NCBI RefSeq assembly: GCF_018350175.1 | Contig: NC_058368.1 | Location: forward strand, 21,640,001-21,704,000 | Reading direction: 5' to 3' | From: Felis catus | Taxonomy: Eukaryota | Length of the DNA stretch: 64,000 bases | In this document: piece after piece, positions 1 to 13,304 of the stretch | How the letters are laid out: each line of letters starts with the position of its first letter | Position numbering within the stretch: the stretch's first letter is position 1 | Translations under genes and position numbers: made by a program | The notes under the pieces: model-generated | What the model saw: only the letters and a program-made list of their open reading frames with translations | The model's database searches: none | What the model was told of the DNA's origin: nothing

Positions 1-203
1 TGCTTATTTATTTTTGAGAGAGACAAAGACAGAACATGAATGGGAAAGGGGCAGAGAGAGAGGGAGACACAGAATCTGAAGCAGGCTCCAGGCTCTGAGC
101 TGTCAGCACAGAGCCTGACATGGGGCTCGAACTCACTAACCGTGAGATCATGACCTGAGCCAAAGTTGGATGCTTAACTGACTGAGCCATCCAGGCGCCC
201 CCC
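1..203 (-). mobile_element. Can-SINE (SINEC), cut by the window edge
   Basis: Reverse complement of the GGGGCGCCTGG..GGCTCAG head, (CT)n body and AATAAA tail. Confidence 0.92.
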
Positions 204-209
204 ACCCCC

Positions 210-1320
210 GAATTCTTTTAATGTGGTATATTATGTTGGCCAATTTTTTTATGTTGAACCATCCTTGCATTCTAGGAATAAATCCCACTCTGGCCATGAA
301 TAAGCTGCTGAACTTGGTTTGCAAATATTTTGTTGAGGATTTTTGCATCAATATTCATAAGGGATATTAGTCTGTAGTTTCTTTCTTGTTGTGTCTTTGT
401 CTGACTTTAGTATCAGGGTAAGGCTGGCTTCAGAGAATGAGCTAGGAAGTGTTCCTTCCCTCCTTTCAATTTTTTGGAAAAGTTTGAGAAGGATTGAGTT
501 AGTTTTTCTTTAAATGTTTGGTAAAATTCATCAGCGAAGCCATCAAGCCCCGGGCTTTCTTTATCAGATTTTTTTCATTACTGATTTAATCTTCTTACCA
601 TTTAGAGGTCTATTCAGATTTTCTCTTTCTTCATGATTTAGCCTTAGTAGGTTTTGTTTTCCTAAGAAGTTATCCATCTTATCTAAGTTATCCAATTTGT
701 TGGTGTACAATTATTCATAGTATTCTCTTATAACCCTTTTTATTTCTGTAGAATGATTAATAATGTTCCCACTTTCATTTCTGATTTTGGTAATTCAAGT
801 CTTTTTTTATTCGCCCACTTAGCTAAAGGTGTATCAACTTTGTTGATCTTTGCAAAGAACCAACTTTTGGTTTAATTGATTTTCTTTTTTCTATTTCATT
901 TATCTCTGCTCTGGTCTTTATTATCTCTCCCTTTCTGCTGGTTTTGGGTTTAGTCTGTTGCTTTTCTATTTCCTTAAGTTGTAAATTAGGTTGTTGATTT
1001 AGATCCTTCTTGTTTCCTAAGTAAGCATTTATAGCTATAAATTTCCCTCTTATCACGGCTTTCATTGTATGCCATACATTTTGGCATGTTGTGTTTTAGT
1101 TTTCATCCATTTCTAAGTATTTCCTGATTCTTCTTGTGCTCTCTTCTTTGATTTATTGGTCATTTAAAAATGTGTTGTTTAATTTCTGTAAATTTGTGAA
1201 TTTTCCAATTTTCCTTCTGCTGTTGACTTCTAACTTCATCCCATTGTAGTCAGAGGAGATACTTTGTATGATATCTATTTTTTACAATCTATTGAGACTT
1301 AATGTGTGGCCTAAAATATG
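210..1320 (-). mobile_element. Degraded LINE-1 ORF2 fragment
   Basis: Minus-strand peptides KAVIRGKFIAINAY, IIKTRAEINEIE and [13 protein letters not shown] are L1 ORF2 motifs, broken by frameshifts. Confidence 0.9.
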
Positions 1321-1596
1321 GCATGGCTATGGGGACCTATTGAGCTATTCAGACATGTGTGAAAACCTGGAAGTCCTCGTGAGTTGCTTATGTTTGGGCA
1401 GCCTTTAAAGAATTGGGACAACTGGACAATTCTAAGGTCCATTCTCCCAAGCAAATCAAAATTCCCCAGTGCCCAGAGCAGCAGCTGGCTTAATAGTACA
1501 GCCTTGGATTCGTTCTCCTTCCTTCTTGCCTTTACCCAGACACTAGTCCCATTCCTTGGGGTAATTTCCTAAATAAATACCAATAAGTTCTGTTTC

Positions 1597-1826
1597 TTTT
1601 TTTTTTTTTATGTTTATTTATTTTTGAGAGAGAGAGAGACACACACAGAGAGAAAGAGGGCATGAGGCAGGAGGGGCAGAGAGAGAGGGAGACACAGCAT
1701 CTGAAGCAGGCTCCAGGTTCTATGTTGTCAGCACAGAGCCTGATGCAGGGCTGGAACTCACAAACCATTAAGATCATGACCTGAGCTGAAGTCTGATGCT
1801 TAACCGACTGAGCCACCCAGGTGCCC
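1597..1826 (-). mobile_element. Can-SINE
   Basis: Full body; TSD TAAGTTCTGTTTC (1584, 1831). Confidence 0.92.
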
Positions 1827-1876
1827 TCAGTAAGTTCTGTTTCAAAGTCCAACCAGGGAAGCAGAAAGTACTGAGT

Positions 1877-2126
1877 ATTTTATTTTATTTTATTTTATTT
1901 TACTTTATTTTATTAAAAACAATGTTTTAAACTTTATTTATTTTTGAGAAAGAGACAGAATGCAAGAAGGGAGGAACAGAGAGAGAGGGAGACACAGAAT
2001 CTGCAGCAGGCTCCAGGCTCTGAGCCATCAGCACAGAGCCCGATGCAGGGCTCAAACTCACAAACTGTGAGATCATGACCTGAGCCAAAGTTGGACCCTT
2101 AACCAACTGAGCCACCCAGGTGCCCT
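1877..2126 (-). mobile_element. Can-SINE
   Basis: Full body, (TTTTA)n tail, degenerate TSD GAAAGyACTkAGTATTTT. Confidence 0.92.
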
Positions 2127-3974
2127 GAAAGCACTTAGTATTTTAAACAGAGGGACTGTATTCAGAGGAATGGTTATGTGTGTGATAGAAGAGGCTGAGA
2201 AGCCGACAGGGGGCAGAGAGACCAGTCAGAAGCCATGACCTCAAGGCAGGAGGGACTAAGGACAGAGGTGATGCCAGTAAGGCCTGGAAGATGGAAGAAT
2301 CACAGTGGACCCGTCCAGCAGGAGCTGTAACCATAGAGGAGACACCTCTGCTGCTGGAGGTGCTGATCTCCACTCTCTGGTTGGCGGAACGCAGCCCAAA
2401 GCCAGCCGATATGGGAGCCTGGGAAATGCAGCCCGCAGGGATCAGTTCACTACAGCAGGGCAGAGAGCAGGGACAGGGCAAAGAAGGGATACAGGACAAA
2501 CTGGTCTGGACTGACACAAAGGAACAGGCAGGAGATTAGGAAGCAAAAGAGACTGAGACTGAATGGCCGGAGAAGTCTAATGGATCAGAGAGCCTGAGTA
2601 ACTGACCCAGAATTACTTAGTCAGTGGCAGATAGGATGAGAATCTAAAGTTCTTACTTTTTACACTTAAGAAGTATACTTCTTACACTTGAGTGAACTCA
2701 AGAACATAATACTGAATATTAATGTTCATAAACTAAACACAGAATTGATTTTATATTAATGAGAAACTCTTGACCTTGGGCACAGTCTCACAGGAGGTTA
2801 CAATGGATGCTTCAAGCTACGGTATGTAGGGCCCTCCTTCGTGGCTCAGGGTAGGAAATTAGTATAATTTCAGGGAAACAGGGAAGGTTGTTAATACCTT
2901 CTAGAGTCTTTTGTTATCTATTGTTTGCTGCCTACTATTCTACCTTCAAAGTATTTTTTTTTTCTAAAATGTTTTGACTCCTATTTAGGCAAATCCTACA
3001 GGGAAGGATAATACATTGATATTTTCTAAAAGTTATCTAACACAACTGTTTGTACATAGAAAGCCCTATGGAATAATTAGTGAGTGAACAAATTGTTAAG
3101 AGTTCCAGTTTACATCCTGGTGATGAGGTCATATAATAATGGTCCCATGGAGGATGGCTTATGAGACATGGAGAGCTCCAGAATAGTGAGGAACAGTTTG
3201 AGGAAGAAGTAGGAGGTACCATCAACTAGGAAAAAGGTGAAGACAAGATAATCTGGGGGCCTGAAATCTAATGTTACTCTTTGATTTTTTTTCCTAGTGA
3301 CAACAGCAACATTTTCTATTGCAATACAACTTTTCTAGGTGCTGTAGACACCCAGGAAGAAGAAAGAGAAGGAATTCATAGACAGAATTCCCAGGCATGA
3401 GGAAACTCCCTACAGCACAGAAGGGAGCAAGAAGTGATGTGAGGAGGCAGTAAGAGACCAAAAGCAGAAGCAGTGAATATCTCAGTCCTACTGACTACTA
3501 CCAAGGAGAAAAAAATCTTCAACGAGTAGTGGATTGAGTCTGGACAGATTGCAAAGAAACACAGGATTCGGAGGCAGAGGCTTCAGGGAATTTGGGGTAA
3601 AGGACTTATTCTCCTGATTATGAACTTAAAAATAAGGGTGATGAAGAGGAGGAGGAGGAGGAGGATGCTTACCTTATTGGGTTATGTGGATTCAAATCCC
3701 CATCCTAACTTTTCTCATCATTAGTTTCCAGTTCAGAATTCCAATTTCCAGTACGGAAACTCACTTTTCTTTGAAGAAACTCACTTTCCTTTCCAAGGGC
3801 TACCCTTTGCTGAAATTTGTCTTAGAGTCAACTTGCTGCAAGTAAAGCCTTTTTGTCCTTGGTCCCCAACCCCAGGACTGATGCTGGGGGATTAGGACCA
3901 TGACACCACTGAGGATACCCACCTTCCCACAGAAAGCTAGAAGTGTTTGGCTAATATTTGGATATTATTTTCAT

Positions 3975-4850
3975 GTCATTTGGTAAGGACTAAAAGGACA
4001 TGTGGTTGAGTAAATAAATGGGGGAGAATAGACAAATCTCCTATGTAGAATTCCAACTGATTTATGTAGGTATCCACTCAAGAATGTGGAACATAATTTA
4101 CTGTGGGCTGTGCATAGTGACTTTTTTCCAGAGTACATAGAGAAAGTATGGGTGGGAGGGAATAACTTTACTGTGGAGAAACCTGACAAATACCACCTCA
4201 GCCAGATGACCAAGGTCAACGTCAATAGTCAAAAATGATGTTGGTAGGGGTGCTTGGCTGGCTCAGTAAGTAGAGCATACAACACCTGATCTTGGGGTTG
4301 GGGATTCAAGCCCCATGTTGGGAATAGAAATTACTTAAAAATAAAATATTTTTTAACTGATGTTGACAGTATGTACATTTGATATGATGTGATGAAAATA
4401 ACATTTTGTATCTGTGATCTTACTCCCCAAAACCCACTACCCCACTCTAATTATGAGAAAAATACCCAATTCTAATAGAAGGCCATTCTACAAAATACCT
4501 GACCAAACTAATGAGCAAAAGTGTCAAGGTCATCAAAATCAAGGAAAGTCCAAGAAACTGTCACAGCCAAGAGGAGCTTGAGAAGACATGATTACTAAGT
4601 GTAATGTGGTATTCTAGACAGGATCCTGGAATAGAAAAAGGATATTAGGTAAAAAACTAAGGAAATTTCAATAAGGTATAGACTTTAGTTAATAATGTAT
4701 CAATTTTGATTCATTAAATGTAACAAATGTACAATACTAATGCAAGACATTAGCTCTAGGGCAAAGTAGGTGGGGAATATATGCAAACCCTGTACTATCT
4801 TTGCAATTTTTCTTAAATCTATATTTGCCTAAAAATAAAGGCTTATTTTT
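3975..4850 (+). mobile_element. Old LINE-1 3' UTR (L1MC/L1MD-like) with a short SINE nested at ~4247-4350
   Basis: Typical 3'-end text GGATCCTGGAATAGAAAAAGGATATTAGG...CTGTACTATCTTTGCAATTTTTC...AAAATAAA. Confidence 0.7.
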
Positions 4851-4869
4851 CTTAAGTTTATTAAGAAGA

Positions 4870-5085
4870 GGGGCACCTGGGTGGCTCAGTCAGTTAAGCA
4901 TCTGACTCTTGATTGTAACTCAGGTCATGATCTCACAGTTTGTGAGGTCGAGCCCTGCATGGGGCTCCACACTGGGCATGGAGGCTGCTTGGGATTCTCA
5001 TCCTTTCCCTCTGCCCTGCTCGTGTTTCTTTTTTTTTCTCTCTCTCTCTTTCTGAAAAAAGAAAAAGAAAAAAGAAAACTTAATT
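4870..5085 (+). mobile_element. Can-SINE (older subfamily)
   Basis: GGGGCACCTGGGTGGCTCAGTCAGTTAAGC head and A-rich tail. Confidence 0.9.
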
Positions 5086-5319
5086 GAGAAGAAAAACAAA
5101 ACAAGCAAGAATAATAGAAGAGATACCCCAGTGCGATATACAATTAATTGACGAAGTGTAGAGAAGATAATTGTTCTGGAAGTTCAGTGGAGGGAGAGAA
5201 ATGATTTCAGACTATAGCTGCTAACAAATGCTTTATGGTAACAGTGGGACGTGAAATGTCTCTTAAAGATTGAGAGGATGTTTACAAGTACAAATTAGAC
5301 CAACTTTATCTAATGAGTA

Positions 5320-5879
5320 GAGTTGACCCGTGAACAACAGAGGTTTCAACTGTGCAGGTCCATTTATATATGGATTACTGTATAGTACTAGAAATGCATT
5401 TTCTCTTCCTTATGATTTTCTTTCTTTCTTTTTTTGTACATTTATTCATTTTTGAGAGACAGAGAGAGACAGACCACAAGTGGGGGAGGGGCAGAAGGGA
5501 GGGAGACACAGAATCCGAAGCAGGCTCCAGGCTCCGAGCTGTCAGCACATAGCCCGACATGGGGCTCGAACTCACAAACAGTGAGATCATGACCTGAGCC
5601 GAAGTCGGACACTTAACCGACTGAGCCACCCAGGTGCCTCTTCCTTATGATTTTCTTAAAAACATATTCTTTTCTCTAGCTTAGTTTATTGTAAGAATAC
5701 AGTCTATAATATGTATAACATACAAAATATGTGTTAATTGACTATGTTATCGGTAAGACTTCAAGTCAACAGTAGGCTACTAGTAGTTAAGTGTTTGGGG
5801 AGTCAAAACTTACATGCGGATTTTCGACTGAGCTGGGGGGTCAGTGCCCCTAACCCCCACATTGTTCAAGGGTCAACTA
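5320..5879. mobile_element. Tigger2-family (MER28/MER8-like) non-autonomous DNA transposon, split by a SINE
   Basis: Terminal inverted repeats AGTTGACCCgTGAACAA / TTGTTCAAGGGTCAACT with flanking TA. Confidence 0.82.
5420..5638 (-). mobile_element. Can-SINE nested in the Tigger2-like element
   Basis: TSD TCTTCCTTATGATTTTCT on both sides. Confidence 0.93.
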
Positions 5880-5988
5880 TAATTGTAATGTCTTGATTAA
5901 CTAATTGATGAATTGTTCTCTAAGTCCAAAATGAAACTGAAAATTATGGATATTAGTTGGTAATATGTAAGTGCTGGTGGTACACTAT

Positions 5989-6230
5989 CTTTTTTTTAAA
6001 TTTTTTTATTTTTTTTTTAATTTTTTTCAACGTTTATTTATTTTTGGGACAGAGAGAGACAGAGCATGAACGGGCGAGGGGCAGAGAGAGAGGGAGACAC
6101 AGAATCGGAAACAGGCTCCAGGCTCTGAGCCATCAGCCCAGAGCCCGACGCGGGGCTCGAACTCACGGACCGCGAGATCGTGACCTGGCTGAAGTCGGAC
6201 GCCTAACCGACTGCGCCACCCAGGCGTCCC
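5989..6230 (-). mobile_element. Young Can-SINE (SINEC_Fc-like)
   Basis: CpG-intact body with the CAGCCAGGTCACGATCTCGCGG diagnostic; TSD GGTACACTAT. Confidence 0.94.
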
Positions 6231-6625
6231 AGGTACACTATATATCTTAAGGTCAGCCTCTGAATGCAAAAGGAATTTCCTTATTCGTGTCATTTCTTAA
6301 ATGTTTTTTTGAATTAAAAAAATTTCCTTTAACAAGACAAATAAGAACATGTGAAAAACCCTTTGATCAGCCTCTACCTAGACTACTCCATAAGCAGAGT
6401 AGTAATATTTATTTCTTCAAATAGTGACAAGTAATGACATTAATTCAGAATAATTACAAGAGAAAATCTGAAAGCCCCAAGAGCTTGCATATCTTTGCAT
6501 CTGAGGTACCTGGCATCATACCCACCTCTCCTGGTTCAAGTATAATCTTTATGACCCCTTTTTCTCAATCGCTTTTACCACCTCTGCCTCCATCTGCTCG
6601 TTAGGAACCAAAACAGATGTGAACA

Positions 6626-6812
6626 GGGAGGCGCCTGGATGGCTCAGTCAGTTCAGCGGTGGACTCTTTGTTTCAGCTCCGGTAATGATCTCACGGTTTG
6701 GTTTATGAGTTTAAGCCCTACCTTGGGCTCGGTGCTGACGGTGCGGAGCCTGCTTGGCATTCTGTCTCTCTATGCTCCTCCCCTCATCTCTCTCAAAGTA
6801 AAGAAAGAAACT
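6626..6812 (+). mobile_element. Can-SINE (older)
   Basis: tRNA-like head GGCGCCTGGATGGCTCAGTC; TSD AAAACAGAT. Confidence 0.85.
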
Positions 6813-6864
6813 CAAAAGAAAACAGATTATGAACAGGTCTGGAGAACCGTAGGAAAATATATGC

Positions 6865-7290
6865 AGCACTCTAGCAATACATTTAAAAATACAGACGAAA
6901 TTGAAGCCTTCCTAATAACCTATGACTTACCAAAACTGATCCAAGAAAAGGAAGAAAATCTAAACAGATCAATACCCATAGAAGAGATTAGAAGAGTAAT
7001 TTAGGGGCGCCTGGGTGGCGCAGTCTGTTGAGCGTCCGACTTCAGCCAGGTCACGATCTCGCGGTCCGTGAGTTCGAGCCCCGCGTCAGGCTCTGGGCTG
7101 ATGGCTTGGAGCCTGGAGCCTGTTTCCGATTCTGTGTCTCCCTCTCTCTCTGCCCCTCCCCCGTTCATGCTCTGTCTCTCTCTGTCCCAAAAATAAATAA
7201 ACATTGAAAAAAAAATTTTTTTAAAAGGAAGAGTAATTTAAATATAACCTTTGAAAAAACAGCAGGCTCAGGTGGCTCTGTGACTGTGTT
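6865..7290 (+). mobile_element. Short old LINE-1 ORF2 fragment interrupted by a SINE
   Basis: Peptide DEIEAFLITYDLPKLIQEKEENLNRSI resembles L1 ORF2 [27 protein letters not shown]. Confidence 0.75.
7004..7226 (+). mobile_element. Young Can-SINE (SINEC_Fc-like)
   Basis: CpG-intact; TSD GAAGAGTAATTTA (6991, 7229). Confidence 0.94.
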
Positions 7291-7994
7291 CTATCTCCCC
7301 TTTAATGCTACTTGCGGTAGCCAGTTAGGGGGCTGTTGATCACCAGTCTGCCAAGGGATAAGGAGCTTACCCTAGAACATAAATCAACATATTGCTTCCT
7401 TCAGAAAGTCTTGCTTAAAAAAAAAGAAAAAAAAAAAAAAAAACTCAGCTGATTTTATTACTGCTGTCCTGAACTGACCCCTTTGGATTTAGTAAGTCAA
7501 CCTGAGGGTCCTAGGAAATACCAGAGAAGAGAATCTTTGGAGGAACATGAACTTTTCATGTACTGGGATACATATTTTCAAATGAATATTTGAGTATTAA
7601 ATATGTTGTGGTCCTATTTTATCCTAAGCCGATGAGATAGATATATATAGCAGTTGGTTGTGTATTACTGTTATAGGTTGGTGGGAAGGATATATATTTT
7701 TTAGCACTGTGAATTTAGACATCCAGAATCAAGCACTCTAGGATATATACTTTCAGAAAATTTTCTCGTGTAAATGTACAAATGTGGATATGAGGCAGAG
7801 TTAGGATCCCCCAAATTAAATACTATACAAGCTATTTTATAGTCCACTTTTTTTCACTTAAAAAATGTGAATAATTTTCCATGTCAAAATTGATCTACAT
7901 CACGTATAATAACTGAATTATATTCCATTGGATGGATGTACTATAATTTTTTAATCAGTTCCATGTTAATGAATAATTTGACTGTCTTCAATGT

Positions 7995-8208
7995 AAGTTT
8001 ATTTCATTATTTTGAGAGAGAGAGAGAGAGAGAAAAACAAGCATGAGCGGGGGAGGGGCAGAGAGCGAGGGAGAGAGAGAATTTCAAGCAGGCTCCACAC
8101 TGTCAGCACAGAGCCCGACTCTGGGCTTGAATTCATGAATCAGGAGATCATGACCTGAGTGGAAACCAAGAGTCCGACATTTTACTGACTGAGCCACCCA
8201 GGCACCCC
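7995..8208 (-). mobile_element. Can-SINE (older)
   Basis: (GA)n tract and body ending GAGCCACCCAGGCACCCC. Confidence 0.9.
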
Positions 8209-10128
8209 AGAATATTTTCGATTTTAAAATATTGTAAATATCATAATAGAGAACAACCATATGTCCATTCCTGGTACCACCACCCTCATGATCTCTTCTA
8301 GAACTGTCACAATGTCTTGATAAATGATGTCATTTTGTCTGGCAAAAAAAAAAAAAAAAAGAAGAAGAAGAAACAAAGTCAGCTGAACTAAACAATGTAT
8401 ACTTAATGACAAAGTTGATTTACATTGTCATGCCTGCAGATCACATTTTGAGTAGCATTGCTTCAATAAGTGGATAATCTCTGTGTTATGTAGACTATTT
8501 TAGCTCATTAAGACCAAAAAAAAAAAAAATCTTAAAAATCCTTTAAACATTTTGTGAGGTTATCATAAGCTTAAAATCCAATCATGGGTGTAACAAAAAC
8601 AAATAAGCAAAAAGAACAAAAGAAAGGGTAACAGAGAAAAGGAAGAAAGAAACTGCAAGTCTGGAGATCTAGAAGAGAAGGAGACAGAGCCCTGACTCTA
8701 GGAGATTCCCTTCTCGTGGAAGGAGATTGCCGGGCGAGTAAAAAGAAAGCACTAGCAAGCTCTGTGAAGGGGATAAAATAGGGCACGTGGTGGAGAGGTA
8801 CAGGAATGGAGAAGATCTGCTTAAACTGCTCAAGAGAAGCTTTTTTGATTCTCTGCAAATTTACCCCCTCTTCTCATCCCCTTGCTATCCCACAGCTCAG
8901 CACTGACCTCTCAGATCGTTACTGAGGTCCTTTGGCACAAGGACAGGATTATCCCTTTTCCTGTCACAGGATAGGTGTTCAAAAAATGCTTATTGAATTG
9001 CACAAAGGCTCTCATCTGATCCTAACAGTAACACTGAAGTAGCCATTAGCATCTCCTGTTTTACCAAGGAGGACGCTGCTTCAGAGTGTATGAATTCCCA
9101 AGGCAGTTCCACTAATATGGGAGCTGGGGTGCTAACGTGGGTCTTTCCCACACTGAAACGCCATCTCCAGAAATGCTGCTGATAGGGGAAGCAAATCTAA
9201 GGAGGGACGAAGTCAAAGGCAGGTTACACGCAATCAGTGGCTTTAACCATTGAATACCTTTCCCTCCTTTTTACTTTACCTCTTTTTCCATTCAAATCTC
9301 TCCGTTGGAAGCCAACGGCAAGCCTGGTCTTTATATGGTTAAAGCAATTTTAGAATGAACAACCAGAAAAGGAAGAACTAGAGGGGAGATTTCTTCCCAA
9401 ATGAGATTTGTATTAGAACTAAATCCCAAATTCAGGCTGACCTGATACTGTAGGTCAGCTAGGATGTTCCCTGGAGAATACACCAAACCCGTCTCTATGT
9501 CCCACTCTCCACCAAGATAGCAGATACTGGAGATGAGGTGTCACGGATCCCAGGATCCAGTGCCTCCCAAACTCTCCTCACTTGTGCCTGGACCCTGAAC
9601 TTTTGAGTCTTGTCCCCACCCCTACCAGGAAAAGACCTACAGCCACCATTGAACAGGTGCACAGAGCGGACACAACTGTTCAAGACCACAGAGGAGACTC
9701 CTGGGACAGCCTCCACAGCCAGAAGGAAACTGCCCTGGGCTTTCTAAACAAGCACATTCTCACATCTTGTAATGGTGTCACAGCTAGGGTGGAATCTTCT
9801 AAGTGTCAGGAAACGTAAGTACTTCAGAAGTTCTTTTAAGTACAATTATCTCTGGGTGTCTGTTGGCACCTTTTCCACTCCCCTCTTCCCCAGCCCCCTC
9901 CAGCTTCAAAGCCTTCCCTGGGAGACAAATGTACTCCTCTAAAAGCACTCCCTTCTTCAATTCTCAACTACAAGTCCTCTTTGGAAAGCCAAGATCAAGC
10001 AGTTAGATAGTATTGATTTTCTAGGTACTTTCTTTAGTTTTTCTTAGTTAATTTTTTTGAATAGATGATTTAGGTACATTCTGAAAAGCGCAAACTGACT
10101 AAAAGGTATATAGTGAAATATGTCTCCC

Positions 10129-10352
10129 TTTTTTTTTTTAATTTTTTTTAACATTTATTTATTTTTGAGACAGAGAGAGACAGAGCATGAACAGGGGAGG
10201 GGCAGAGAGAGAGGGAGACACAGAATCTGAAACAGGCTCCAGGCTCTGAGCTGTCAGCACAGAGCCCGACGTGGGGCTCGAACTCACGGACCGTGAGATC
10301 ATGACCTGAGCCGAAGTTGGACGCTTAACAAACCAAGCCACCCAGGCGCCCC
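10129..10352 (-). mobile_element. Can-SINE
   Basis: Full body; TSD TGTCTCC. Confidence 0.93.
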
Positions 10353-10666
10353 TGTCTCCTTTTTATCTTGATACGAATCTGCTACAGATTCAGAAATGTC
10401 CTATGCATATTCAAGCTCTCTTTTTCTTCTTTTATGCATATGGTAACATAATAAATACTCTGTTTTTCATCTAAGTATCTAGGAGATGAGTCTCTGTATG
10501 TTCAGGTGGATCTTTCCAAAGGTTTTTGTGGCTGGAGAGTGTTGCATTTTGTGGATGGACTATTTGGGGTTGAGGTCTGGGCCTTGTGTCAAACCATGAC
10601 TTCAGATAACATATCCCACTGTCTTATATAGTCTTAGGATAGATTTATGCCTGAGACCTTAGGACA

Positions 10667-10889
10667 GGGGCACCTGGGTGGCTCAGTTGGTTGAGCGACC
10701 AACTTCAGCTCAGGTCGTGATCTCACAGTTTGTGAGTTCGAGCCCCCCGTTGGGCTCTGTGCTGACAGCTCAGAGCCTGGAGCCTGCTTCGGATTCTGTG
10801 TCTCCCTCTCTCTACCCCTCCCCTGCTCATGTTTTGTGCCTGTCTCTCAATAATAAATAAATGTTGAAGAAAAAAATTAAAAAAAAATA
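10667..10889 (+). mobile_element. Can-SINE
   Basis: Full body; TSD CTTAGGACA. Confidence 0.93.
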
Positions 10890-10992
10890 ACTTAGGACAA
10901 AAATGCTTAACTGAAGACATCTAATCAAACAATTGTTTGATTATGAGACACTCAAGAAGACAGCTCTGGTGAAAGAATATGCTCTCCTAGCA

Positions 10993-11203
10993 TTTTATTT
11001 TATTTTATTATTTTAGAGAGAGACCACGTGCACGCACACATGCACATGTGTGAGCGGGAGAGGGGCAGAGGGCGAGAGACAATCCTAAGCAGGCTCCATG
11101 ATCAGCGTCAAGCCCAACTCAGGGCTCAGTCCCACCAACCGTGAGATCATGGCCTAGGCTGAAATCAAGAGTGGGATGCTCAACCGAGACACCCAGGTGC
11201 CCC
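10993..11203 (-). mobile_element. Can-SINE (older)
   Basis: TSD CTCTyCTAGCATTTTA. Confidence 0.88.
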
Positions 11204-12009
11204 TCTTCTAGCATTTTACGTGCACCTTCATTAGGCTAAGGGGCAGGGCCCCCACCTCCTTGGTTTTGGAGCCTATAGGCATTTATGCCCAGGGAAATGG
11301 GGCAAGCTGTCCAAGTGGGGAATTAAATGTGTTCCGCTGAAGCAGAGATTTGTCTCAATTTTTACCTGTATCAAGGTACTAATTGTTTTCATTTATGATG
11401 AATTTCCTTTAAACTGTTGTCCATTTGTTCCCTCGTGGAGAGGCAGAGGTAGTCAAGGGTTAGGGAAAATGGAATCAAATGAATATGTGAGGAGGAAGAC
11501 TCCCAGGTAGGAAGGCTGCCAGCGCTAAGCTGAAGGGGGATGGGAAGGTGGGGTGGAGCGGATACTAAGTGCAGGCAGATTCCAGATGGTGTAGCAAGGG
11601 GCCCAGACAGGTACGGCCACACCCCCACCCTAAGGCAGCTGTTCCACCTCACCTGTCCTCCCGCCCCGAAGCTGCCCTACCTCCCCTTTGCCCCCAGGAC
11701 TGCCAGTTCCCGGGACTGAAGGCCATTTCTCTGACTCCTGAGGGAACGCCCTGGTTTTCTAAAGCCTAGGATGGCCTGACCGTGACCCTGAAGAATGGAG
11801 AGACCAGGCTGGATGCTCCTCACTCTGGGCCAAGTTGGAGGGGACCATGCTGTTACATGTAAAACCCACAGGAAATACCTTATCATACTGTCTGTGAATC
11901 ACTTTAAGATAAAGCAGCCTAGGGAGTCAGCTGTATATGCTTGTTGGTTTGGGTCTGTATCCTAGGGATGGTTAGCTACTGTCTTGGATCCGTGGTCATC
12001 TGTCTTCTT

Positions 12010-12500
12010 TGTCCCATCTGCAGTATCTAAGGAAGTTGCTCACCCCTCCTCCTTGGAACACTTTCAGGACCTCAGGCTCCCTAGGGGCTCCTGCTGCCTT
12101 CATGCTCCTGTTTCTCAGCCTCCTTTGCTGGCTCCTGCTCATCTCCCTGACCTTTAGATATCTAAGGGACCCAGGATCACTCCTTGAACCTCATCTGCTT
12201 TCTGTGTCTTCTCATTCGGTTGTTTCACTGCTCTCAATCCCGTCTCCACACTGATGACTCCCAGATTTATCTGTCCAGGCAGGACCTCTTCTCTGAACTT
12301 GAAACCCTTCTACTCGCCCACCTAACAGCTCCAATATCTCACTGGCCTCTCCAAACCAACACCATTTGCCCCTCAAAAGCTGTTTCTCTCACTTTCTTTT
12401 CCATTTCATTAAATGGCAACTCCTTTCTAGGAGTTGTGGCTTTGACAAAAAACAATAAAAGATAAAGCAAAACAACACGACCCTGGAGAGCCATCCTTCC
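12010..12500 (+). mobile_element. LINE-2 fragment
   Basis: Pyrimidine-rich L2-like text CTGATGACTCCCAGATTTATCT..CCAG and CCATTTCATTAAATGGCAACTCC. Confidence 0.6.
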
Positions 12501-12751
12501 CTCTCATCTGCCACACTTCCCATCTCTCTCTCAGCCTGAAAAACACTCATCACAGTGACCTATGAGGCTAGCGGCTGGGTATGTGACTGAATTTAGTCCT
12601 GATCCAGACTTGGTGCTGAAGCAATGGGGAGTTAGGGGCTTACGTCCCCCCACAAACTTCTCACTTTGGAGGCTACAAATATTTGTTGCTAGAGTCTAAC
12701 AATGGAAGGACTGTGGGCTTAGGTCAGTCGCAATTAGTTTTATTCCCTTGC

Positions 12752-13080
12752 AATTCATTGTTTCAACAGCTGTTTACTGAGGAGTTACTCTGTGCCAGAA
12801 CCTGTTCTAGGTGTGTGGGACACAGATGCAACAAAACAGACAAAAGCCTCTGCTCTCTTGGAACTTACATTCCAGACGGCAAACAAAATATCATCCAGTA
12901 AATTACATAGTATTTGAGGTTTTAAGGTTCTGCCGAGAAAACTAAGGCAGGGGAGAAGGATAGAGAATATTTGGGAGGGAAGGGGGTTCTGTGTTCAGTG
13001 TTGGATAGGACGTCCAGGGGTTGTGTCATTGAGCAAGTGACATTTGAATGAACATGACATGAGGAGTGTGCCAGCAGTGT
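12752..13080 (-). mobile_element. LINE-2 (L2a-like) 3' end
   Basis: ATTCATT..TTTACTGAG..TACTCTGTGCCAG..TGTTCTAGG..AACAAAACAGACAAA..CTCTCTTGGAACTTACATTC. Confidence 0.72.
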
Positions 13081-13304
13081 TTGGGGCCCAGACTGTGTGC
13101 CAGTGTGTGCCAGGCATGGGGCAATGATGTACCCTACTCCCTCGGGCCCTGCAAGAGTCGTCTGCTGTGATCCTAATAGAGGTGCAGAGGAGGAGGGTGT
13201 GCCTGGAATGGAATGAATGATGGCAATAGGAGGAATGGGATCCGAAGGGGAGCCAGTCTGACTCTGGTCACCGAAAAGGTTTACAAACTGTAGCAACACA
13301 TACT

